Shown: one piece after another, positions 40,862 through 49,200 of the stretch | How positions within the stretch are numbered: the stretch's first letter is position 1 | Layout of the letters: every line of letters starts with the position of its first letter | Assembly: GCA_041891055.1 (NCBI GenBank) | Contig: CP169074.1 | Location: 1,248,001 to 1,312,000 of the forward strand | Origin: Halorutilales archaeon Cl-col2-1 | GTDB lineage: Archaea > Halobacteriota > Halobacteria > Halobacteriales > Afararchaeaceae | DNA length: 64,000 bases | Reading direction: 5' to 3' | Program-made: the position numbers and the translations under genes | The notes under the pieces: model-generated | Databases searched by the model: none | Told to the model about the DNA's origin: nothing | What the model saw: the letters and a program-made list of their open reading frames with translations, nothing else

Positions 40862-42486
40862 ATATGCCTGCTAAGAAAAAACCAAACTCACACACTATAG
40901 CGATAGGAGTAGGAGAATCCGGATGTCAAGTAGCATCACATCTGAGAAGTCTAAGTCGTAAAGATGGCTCTGAAGGGCATTTTCGCACTCTAGGTATATA
41001 TTCTGAAAGAGAAGAAATAGAAGAGATCAGTAAAGAAAAGTTAGACGACAGTGTCCGTCTAACGAAGCCAGATATAGAGGGAGAGGAGAGTTCCACTCTT
41101 TTAGATTCGAATCTCTCTGAAAGGATTGGGGAAGACAAAGCCGATGAAAGGATATCTGGAAGATTTTATATTGACTCTCAGGAGAACTTCCTCGACGTAT
41201 ATAGCTTGATAAACTCCGCCATAGAGGAATCAGTCTCAAAGTACAAGTATGATCTAGAGCAGGAAGTAGAAAGATACGATATATGGATTCTGAGCTCTTT
41301 AGATGAAGCATTTGGAAGCGGGGCGTTTCCTATAGTAGGTGCTATAGCTGACCACATATTCGATAATATAATGCAGGACGTGGAGAGAAATGATGCCAAT
41401 ATCTTTGGTATTGGCACATTCCCATGGAAGAGGGTTGACATAGAGAAATATATTTTCGAGAAGAATGTGGTTCCAGAGCAGGTGAACTCATATACAGCAC
41501 TTAAAGATATCGAGATACTAACTGACAAAGATAAACAACATCAGATAGATGTTCTTTCTTCCGAGGGTCATTCAGGAGGTGTGCCTGACGAACTCAGAGG
41601 AGGAGGTTCCTTCGATAATTACTTCCTCCAGCCAGCAGATAGAGGGAAAATCTGGAACGAAAACGAGAGAGAATTTACGAAAGACCTACAGATATCTGCT
41701 GCTGTTCTTCCTCTTTATCTCTCGAAATTAGATGGAAATGACAGCGATCATAGCTTGGAGGAATTGGAAGTAAACAACGGAGGGTATCAATCGTTTAGAA
41801 GCGTAGAAATAAAGATACCATACGAAAAGATTAACAAGTATATTAATCTAGATGAAAGGTCAGATGAGAAAGAGAGAGCGAAAATACGTAAGGAGTTCCA
41901 TTCTTTCAAGAGAAGAAAAAGACGTATACCGCTCCCAATAAAAAATCCAGAAGAAAAATTGAAGTCTTTTGAAAAAGATGAGAAAGACAATGGTAAAATT
42001 ACATTAAAAAGTCTTATTGATGAGGGAGTTATTTCCAGGGAGCATATTCAGAAAGCCCGAGATATAGCCCTTGGTGATATACTTTCTTCTGAGCCCTTAC
42101 TTGATATAGATACCGAATCCGGATATGAACAAAACTCATATATCGGATACCTCAGAAGTGAGAATAACTCTGATATTCTTAAAGGTAATGACAGCAGCTA
42201 TGCAGTTCTAATGAATGAATACGATGGCAATGTAGACGCAGAAATAGGAGAAGAACGTGGTATATGGCTCGTAGGGACGTACCCCTGTCCTGATTTAGAT
42301 CATGTAAGTGAATTCAGGAGAATAGATGATAGATACTCTGAAAAAGAAAAAGACCTAACGGAGCTGTTTGGTGATGTCCACGAAGGTGAAATAACTGATG
42401 AGTATGTTACTGAAAGATTTGCATATCCTGAATTCTACTATGAGAACGAACTATTTGAGAAAAGAATGAAAGATAAATTCTACTGA
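40858..42486 (+). CDS. Degenerate tubulin-like paralogue
   Basis: IAIGVGESG, R.SGRF, ILSSLDEAFGSGAF, FDNYFLQP. Shares the C-terminal FAYPE motif with the upstream gene and overlaps it by ATGA. Confidence 0.8.
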   Translation: MNMPAKKKPNSHTIAIGVGESGCQVASHLRSLSRKDGSEGHFRTLGIYSEREEIEEISKEKLDDSVRLTKPDIEGEESSTLLDSNLSERIGEDKADERISGRFYIDSQENFLDVYSLINSAIEESVSKYKYDLEQEVERYDIWILSSLDEAFGSGAFPIVGAIADHIFDNIMQDVERNDANIFGIGTFPWKRVDIEKYIFEKNVVPEQVNSYTALKDIEILTDKDKQHQIDVLSSEGHSGGVPDELRGGGSFDNYFLQPADRGKIWNENEREFTKDLQISAAVLPLYLSKLDGNDSDHSLEELEVNNGGYQSFRSVEIKIPYEKINKYINLDERSDEKERAKIRKEFHSFKRRKRRIPLPIKNPEEKLKSFEKDEKDNGKITLKSLIDEGVISREHIQKARDIALGDILSSEPLLDIDTESGYEQNSYIGYLRSENNSDILKGNDSSYAVLMNEYDGNVDAEIGEERGIWLVGTYPCPDLDHVSEFRRIDDRYSEKEKDLTELFGDVHEGEITDEYVTERFAYPEFYYENELFEKRMKDKFY

Positions 42487-42643
42487 GGAGTTTTTATATA
42501 GTCCATCTATTAATGTTCTTGGTGTATCACACTTGATATAATAGATCAACTATTTTCTGACTATGTTGGGATATTGGAAGTTTTAGTCTGCTTGTTTAAT
42601 ATACATGATGATTTTACGATATTTGTCAGAATAATTTATTTTA

Positions 42644-44659
42644 TCAACGGTGTATCGATCGCGTCAGAGTGAATACAAATACTGCAATCAAGAATGCTCC
42701 GATAAAGCCCTCTATTGAACTTAGTAACTGGGGCAAAAGCTCCGTATCAACAGGACTTGACCCGAGTATGAAAGTTATAAAAGATTGGGTACTCAGTAAC
42801 AAGTATCCAAAGGTTCCTTCTGAGGTAGGAGGAGCGTCTACCATCCAGTACAGGACTGCAAATAGGAATATAGTTGTAACGGAGAATATTACTGGTCTCT
42901 TCGGTCTCTCGCCATAACCTGCTATGATCCCAAGCGTCGCATTACTCAACCATTGATAACTCGCTTTCCAAACAGGTTTTTTCTCTCGGGATCCCCGTTT
43001 ACGTTGCGGAGATAGATGAGAAACTATATCCAGTAAAGAACAACCTACACCAATCCAAGGCGCTAATATATACTCTACAACTGAGTCGGGACTTTCGATC
43101 AAAACTTCTGACAAACGCTGTTTAGCCGAGATTGTGTGTTCTCTTCGTCGACATTTCATCTCATGTACGAAAAACTCAGATGCGGCTTTATTATGTCCTG
43201 CTTCAGTAGCACCGCTTTTTGCCCGAAGATAAGTTTCTTCAAGGGATTCGTATTTCTGAAGTTCATCACATTCTTGAGTTTCATCTTCAGTAGGCCAATC
43301 TTCCACGAGTCTGTCAAGTTTCCAGTCCGGCTTAAGATATATATCGTGAGCAGTAAAATCAAAACCTTCAAAATCAGTTCTTGAAATTCGAATATATGAA
43401 AACAAGTCTTGAGGAGCTCCGCTTACACCTTTTATAGAGACTTTCCCAATCGAAGCTTCTGTCATATCATAATAAGTTGGGTTTTCATCTATCTCAATAA
43501 CCCCAGAAGAAAGAGTTGCTCCTTTTAGAGAGACAACGTCATTTGGTACCTTTAGCTTTCTTAGTTCGACAAAATCTGAGAAATCGGCACCAGTAAAAGT
43601 AACTCCATCCTCAATGTGAGTCTGTATTATTCTGACCATGCCGTTAAAGGTCGCATATTCACAATCGAGACTTCCTCCGAACGTTGTAGCAAGCATCTCA
43701 ACTTTTGACCCGAAATTACTGTTCCACAAAACTACGTCTTCTTTGAATGTAGTGTAATTAAAGATGGCGGCAGTTCTGTACTCTCCTTGGAATTGAGCAT
43801 GACCTTCTATAGTTGCTTTGCTGAAGTCCGCTTTGTCATCAAAGGTAGCCCATATCTCTGCGTCTTCTTCGAACTCTGCATAATTAAACATACCAACATC
43901 CTCAAACTTTGCTCCATTAAAAGAAACATTAGACTCAAACCTCGCGTTTTTGAAGTCTACTGTGTTTCCAAAGTGAGCCTGATTAAAGTTAATTGTTGCA
44001 TCCAAACTTACGTACCTATTCGACGCAATGCCTGTCTCAGAATCATCCTCTTCTACTCTAGAACAGAAAACCGCGCCTTCAGCATTTACTGGTGGCTCAA
44101 AATAAGTACCCTTGCATTCTAACTCGTCGTAAATCCTTACCAACCGGAGATCCAATTCTTCGTTATCATGAGATTCAATACGCTCCTCGGACAAGCATAA
44201 GCTTCGAAAGCTAGCTCCAATGAACATCTTTTGTTGATTCCCACTAGCATCAACTGCTTTCAAGAACTTATTATCGATATCTTCTGGTTTAACACCCACT
44301 TCCTGATATCTTTCAGGTTTAAGGTGGAAATAACAGTAATCTTCTCCATTTACTTTTTCATGAGGACACTGATCTGGAATCCATTCATTTTCGGTTTCCC
44401 ATACAGTAGCTGCTTTCGCAACTGATACATCTACGTTCGGATTCTTTGATAAAGAGACACCATCTACTGATTCGCCTATGGTCTTAACCGCAAGCTCTGA
44501 TGGATCCTCGTCAACTATTGAGCTTATCTCTTCAATACGTTCTTGTGTATTTGTGCTCTCAACCTTACGAAGGTAAGTCTCTAGATCCCAAGCACGGCCA
44601 ATATAGGATTGAACACGTTGATACCAATCTTCAGAGTCAAAGAAGGAACACTCAGTCAT
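42644..44659 (-). CDS. Pentapeptide-repeat protein with C-terminal two-TM channel-like domain
   Basis: CPH..CYFH motif; A.F...F repeats; GYGERP followed by TM-pore-TM; filter degenerate (SFITFILG). Confidence 0.8.
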   Translation of the reverse strand: MTECSFFDSEDWYQRVQSYIGRAWDLETYLRKVESTNTQERIEEISSIVDEDPSELAVKTIGESVDGVSLSKNPNVDVSVAKAATVWETENEWIPDQCPHEKVNGEDYCYFHLKPERYQEVGVKPEDIDNKFLKAVDASGNQQKMFIGASFRSLCLSEERIESHDNEELDLRLVRIYDELECKGTYFEPPVNAEGAVFCSRVEEDDSETGIASNRYVSLDATINFNQAHFGNTVDFKNARFESNVSFNGAKFEDVGMFNYAEFEEDAEIWATFDDKADFSKATIEGHAQFQGEYRTAAIFNYTTFKEDVVLWNSNFGSKVEMLATTFGGSLDCEYATFNGMVRIIQTHIEDGVTFTGADFSDFVELRKLKVPNDVVSLKGATLSSGVIEIDENPTYYDMTEASIGKVSIKGVSGAPQDLFSYIRISRTDFEGFDFTAHDIYLKPDWKLDRLVEDWPTEDETQECDELQKYESLEETYLRAKSGATEAGHNKAASEFFVHEMKCRRREHTISAKQRLSEVLIESPDSVVEYILAPWIGVGCSLLDIVSHLSPQRKRGSREKKPVWKASYQWLSNATLGIIAGYGERPKRPVIFSVTTIFLFAVLYWMVDAPPTSEGTFGYLLLSTQSFITFILGSSPVDTELLPQLLSSIEGFIGAFLIAVFVFTLTRSIHR

Positions 44660-44740
44660 TTACATATGAATTAGTGACGTTATATAAAAAACAACTGGGA
44701 TGGTTTTTTTAATTGGCATTCACTAGAATGTACACACACA

Positions 44741-44962
44741 ATGCAACATGGATGGGTTCGATTTCTCAGCAAGCGTGAAGCATATGGTTTCATTAAGAGA
44801 AAAGAATACGGTCAGGATGTCTTTGTTCACCGTGCGGACGTAAAAAAAGGTAATCTATCGAGAGGAGCAAGAGTTGAATTCAAGGTTACTTCAACTGGAA
44901 GAGGACCGAGAGCTCGAAAAGTAAACGTGATAGAGGAAGGAGAATTCAAAACTAACAAATGA
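44741..44962 (+). CDS. Cold-shock domain protein
   Basis: GWVRF...YGFI (RNP1), DVFVH (RNP2), GPRA..V. Confidence 0.85.
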   Translation: MQHGWVRFLSKREAYGFIKRKEYGQDVFVHRADVKKGNLSRGARVEFKVTSTGRGPRARKVNVIEEGEFKTNK

Positions 44963-45705
44963 CAAATATAACTGTAATAATCCAGGCTAGAGTAGGATCT
45001 AGTCGACTTCCAGGAAAAGTAATGTATCCCCTTGACGGACAACCAGTTCTCAAACACGTTGTTAAGAGAACAGCCTCTTCCGATGACGTGACTGAGATCG
45101 TAGTCGCAACCTCAAAGCAACCTCAGGACGATGTTATTGAGCAGTACGCACCAGAATTCGGAGCTGAGGTAATAAGAGGAAGCGAAACTAACGTACTTAG
45201 TAGATTTGAATATGGTGTTGAAAAATATGAGTCAGACATCGTTGTTCGAGTGACCGGAGACTGTCCCCTCATTTCCCCTCAGTTTCTTGATCAGAGTATC
45301 GAAATAATTCAGACAAAGGATATAGACTACGTCTGTGCAAGTCTAGATAGGACATTTCCTCGTGGAATAACTTGTGAAACGTTTACCACCGATTCATTCA
45401 ATAGAGTAAGCTCGGAATCAAGTAAACCAAGACACAGAGAACATGTAACACCATATTATCGAGAAAATCCGAACAAATTCAGTTTATATAATATTGAGTC
45501 AAGCGAACTCTTTGATCAAGAATGGCTGCAAAACCGTACTGATCTTCGACTCACTCTTGACGAACCATCTGACTACCATTTATTTGAAAAAATATATAGA
45601 GAGATTGAATACAATGACATTCTAAAAGTCAAGGATGCAATTCGATATATCGATCAACAAAATCTCTCAGAGATCAACGAAAACGTAGATCAAAAGACAA
45701 TCTAG
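44959..45705 (+). CDS. SpsF-like cytidylyltransferase
   Basis: IIQARVGSSRLPGKV, RGSETNVLSRF, VRVTGDCP, REHVT, RLTLD. Confidence 0.9.
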   Translation: MTNITVIIQARVGSSRLPGKVMYPLDGQPVLKHVVKRTASSDDVTEIVVATSKQPQDDVIEQYAPEFGAEVIRGSETNVLSRFEYGVEKYESDIVVRVTGDCPLISPQFLDQSIEIIQTKDIDYVCASLDRTFPRGITCETFTTDSFNRVSSESSKPRHREHVTPYYRENPNKFSLYNIESSELFDQEWLQNRTDLRLTLDEPSDYHLFEKIYREIEYNDILKVKDAIRYIDQQNLSEINENVDQKTI

Positions 45706-45816
45706 TCCAGTTCTGTTGGATCATTAGGATGATTGGTATTGATGTGATTAGTTACAAAATCCTGATCTGAATTGACCTGCAACTACAGTATCTTAACTGA
45801 TGGTTTTGATGAATAG

Positions 45817-46090
45817 GGCTTTGGTGAATCGCCATACGCAGCTTGATCTACTGTTTTACCGCATGTTTGATGTTGTAGACAGAGCAGATCAAGACGAGTT
45901 CACGAAATTCTCTGTACCAGGCACGCGCATGCTCGGCACAGCCGTGCGTGCGCTTGATGTTTGAGAAGACGGTTTCAGACATAGATCTTTGACCGTAGAG
46001 AGCCCCATCGATTCTGGTGTCGCAAATCTGAGATTTGCGTACATCCAAAAATCGGAGATTCTTGGGAAGATTACTTTGAAAAATCTGGAG
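45817..46090 (-). pseudogene. 3' fragment of IS5-family element ending within a hairpin cassette
   Basis: TIR GGCTTTGGTGAATC at 45817; encodes TRIDGALYGQRSMSETVFSNIKRT...WYREFRELV; homologous to 51287-51583. Confidence 0.88.
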
Positions 46091-46111
46091 ACCAATAGGT
46101 AATTCAAAGCG

Positions 46112-47454
46112 ATGGCGAACCCGAACGACACCCGTAATCTCAGCGACCAACTCGAACGCCAGTTTGAGTTGCTTGAACAGGCTGACGTAGATGAAAGCGA
46201 CCGAGAGGCTATCAGAGCCTTTGCAGAAAAACGAGCCTCTGAACTCACCACAGGTTCGCTCACAACGTACCTTAGTCGTCTCAGAAAGAGTGCTGGGCGG
46301 GCGGTCGGTGGTGACTCCACTCCCAGACGACCAAGACACACCGGAAAAAGTCGATGGTCGCCCCCTCCCGACTGACGAAGACGGAAACACCGTAAACCCA
46401 GTTGATAAACCTCTGTTGGCGTTCGAACATGACCGCGATGTATCGAAACTCCAGAAACTCCACGGGGCACATGGCACCCATAGCACGGATAGTCTGAACA
46501 CCCATACCAGTGCCCTGTCTCAATTCTTTGAATGGCTGTACCGACATGCGAACCCGAGTTATGACTGGCTGGAAGACCGAGACCAGTACCGATTCTACGC
46601 CCACATTCCTCGGGTCAAAGACGCAGACAACGACGAAAGCAGCGTTCAGCCAAGAGACATCCCGACTATGGAGGAAGTTGCGGCGATGGAAGAAGCCGCG
46701 CCTAACTACCGTGATGCTGCTATTGTTGCTTTCATGGGTAAAGTGGGACACCGCGTTCAACTCACGACTCAAACCAAGCGCGGTGACGTTGACCTTCAGG
46801 GATTTCAAGGAGAGCCAACGTTTCGACCGAACGACCAAGAGAGCGGTCAGAAGGACACTCCAGTAAAGGACTATTTGCTCCGGGACTCGAAGCGACTCCT
46901 GCGAGAATGGCTGAATCATCACCCAGACGACCACGACGAGGCACCAGTCTTTGCCAGACTTCGAGGATATACCCGAGAAGACGGTGCCATTCATCCAAGC
47001 ACGGTCGCTGGTAGACTGGAAAAGTGTGCGGAACGTGCCGCTGAAATGTTCCCAGACCGTGCCGCTGACATCAAAGAACGGGACATACGGCCCCACATTA
47101 TGCGCTACCATGCCGCGCTTCGGATGCGAACAGATAGACAATTCCGACGAACCCCAGCGACAGTTCAATGTCCTGTACCGTGACGAAGATGGCACCGACG
47201 GAACTCCAGACGAACCTACGTAGAGAGAATGCCAAGACTGCGGAAATATGGTGCCAGCCAACAAGCAATACTGTGGGGATTGTGGGCGAGATGTAACTAT
47301 CGCCCCGGAGAGGGTCGAAATGGTCAAAGAGAACGTCCGACAGAACTTCCAGACGCTTCTTGCAGAAGCGGACAGAGAGACAGTTGAGGAAGTCACAAGG
47401 GACGTATTCAGGTCTGCGGTTGACTATATTGACAGGATTGAGGAAACTGACTAA
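46112..47454 (+). pseudogene. Tyrosine recombinase/integrase pseudogene with C-terminal Zn ribbon
   Basis: MANPND start; frameshift near 46305; YRDAAIVAF..GHR and IRPHIMR motifs; catalytic Tyr region missing; in-frame stop before RECQDCG...YCGDCG. Confidence 0.8.
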
Positions 47455-47710
47455 TTGTAGGGAAACTGATTTGTCTGTGGGGCGATAATACCGGCGTGAC
47501 GCCCTCGGTTCCACTAAGGCGTCTCCCGGTTGCCCCTGAGATTCTACCACCATGCTTTCACTTGATTAGCGGAAGGTTCGCGCCGGTGTGACCCGGCTAC
47601 GGACTGAGATTGCCGGTCGACTTGTACCCGATGGAAGGACCGACTGCGTTTGCTCCGGTTGGGCTGGGAGCTGTCCTGTCGTATTTAGAAGCCGCCCGAC
47701 AGGAGGCGGA

Positions 47711-47757
47711 TGCTCCGGCCCGGAGTCGAACCGGGATCCGTCCAACAACGCCGGAGT
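47711..47757 (-). ncRNA. tRNA-like mini-element (acceptor stem plus T-arm only)
   Basis: Minus strand A-CTCCGG-CGTTGTTGGACGGAT-CCCGG-TTCGACT-CCGGG-CCGGAG-CA. Confidence 0.6.
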
Positions 47758-48321
47758 TAGAGTGATCCGTTCATTTGTGCCGGACCGGTTGGAACCTGAC
47801 CCGTGGTGTCTTGGTCTTGCTCAGGCTCTCGGTCTATGTTCCGTCGTCCTTCCCCCCGTTCACGCCGGGTTTCTGAACGTGTTGTCTCGTATTCGAGGAG
47901 CCGAATCGGGTTTAAGTTATGATTCAGTTTTCAGCGCGTATTACTAACGCTGATTTACGTTATCCGCCGGATGCAGGGTGTAAATTGATGTTACTAATAC
48001 CGATTCAATCCGAGTTCCTTCAAGCGATTAACGAAGTTTACACCGAAATTCGAGTCTCGTATCCCATGAACCAACAATCGACAGTAGGCGATCGAATGAT
48101 GGTGTTACTAATACTGGATTAACGGTCACTAACAATCTGGCTAAAATCCGGGTTCGCTGGGTACAGAGTACATGGCATTCATACCCACTACTACCCCCTC
48201 CCCGACTCGGACTCCCGCGTTAGTGTAGGGCTGCCGCGAGTCGTTGGCGGAGGTCTCCGCCGGGAAGGTGCGTGAGAGAGGTCAGTGACAGTGGGATAGC
48301 ACAGGTGGACACACCGGTACA

Positions 48322-48639
48322 CTACGTCGAAGACACTTTGTAGGCTGTGTATCCCGAATCCAGTCGTGGTAGTTCCTCCTCGATTCGATAGGTTCGTCCA
48401 TCATCTTTGTACTCGACAGTATCTCCCACTTGTACGGTTACTTCGTCGTCAATTCGCATCACCTCATCTGCAAGCAGCACCTCCGTTTTTATGATCCCAT
48501 CATCGTCTGAATGAATGACCACTGGTAATCCAAACTGGAGGACTGAATCTCTCCACATCGGGTCTTCCCACTCCTTGTCCTCCCAGTAGTCGTTCGTCGC
48601 ATCAGGTCTGTCGTACTCCTCACACACCTCATTAGCCAC
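48322..48639 (-). CDS. Hypothetical acidic protein
   Basis: 105-aa ORF with haloarchaeal composition, GTG start. Confidence 0.5.
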   Translation of the reverse strand: MANEVCEEYDRPDATNDYWEDKEWEDPMWRDSVLQFGLPVVIHSDDDGIIKTEVLLADEVMRIDDEVTVQVGDTVEYKDDGRTYRIEEELPRLDSGYTAYKVSST

Positions 48640-49149
48640 GTCCCATACCAGATCAGTGTGATATGCGTTTCATCAAGCACCTCGTCACTCTCGCTCACGA
48701 CGAGTACCGTGGTCAGTGTCGTCGGTTCGAACTCCAGTATTTCCTCCAGCATACAGGTGGCCCTTCGTTCGAGCGCCGGACTATCCACCGAACTCGGTGC
48801 CTTCCCAAGTACTGGCAAGGCTATCGATTCACAACCACAGGCATCTGCCGTATTGAGAGTGCTTGTAGTCGCGTCACGTACTGCTGATTCGCTCACGTCA
48901 CCGGTCGGCTCTCGGATGGCGGCGTGGATGACATACTACGCATCAAGCGCATACGCACCTGTCTCAACCGCCTTCACCCAGACCAATCGGGGCTTTCTCG
49001 TCACACTCCACCTGTATCTCTGTCACTCCTGTGGCTTGCTTCAGTGCTCTCGGATCCCCTCTGTCCGGCTTGAGAGTAGTGGTTGCACCCGTTACCAGCG
49101 CGTCCACCTCCCTTGATGTAGTATTTCCCTGTACTACGTCGAACTCCAT
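48640..49149 (-). pseudogene. Macrodomain (ADP-ribose-binding) protein pseudogene
   Basis: MEFDVVQGN..VDALV...PIGLGE, frameshift, TGAYALDA*YVIHAA...ADACGCESIALPVLG. Confidence 0.78.
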
Positions 49150-49200
49150 ACGATTGGTCTCGCACCTCGGAAAGTAGTGATTTGGGTCACACGCTCTGTG

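Noticed and set aside
37946-42486. FtsZ or CetZ cell-division/shape genes
   Set aside because: Length, the G.GQ.R..GR motif and the long tails fit the divergent tubulin-like family rather than FtsZ/CetZ.
45848-47396. Minus-strand ORFs of 217, 193 and 371 aa
   Set aside because: Chimeras of the IS fragment and the antisense of the integrase pseudogene.
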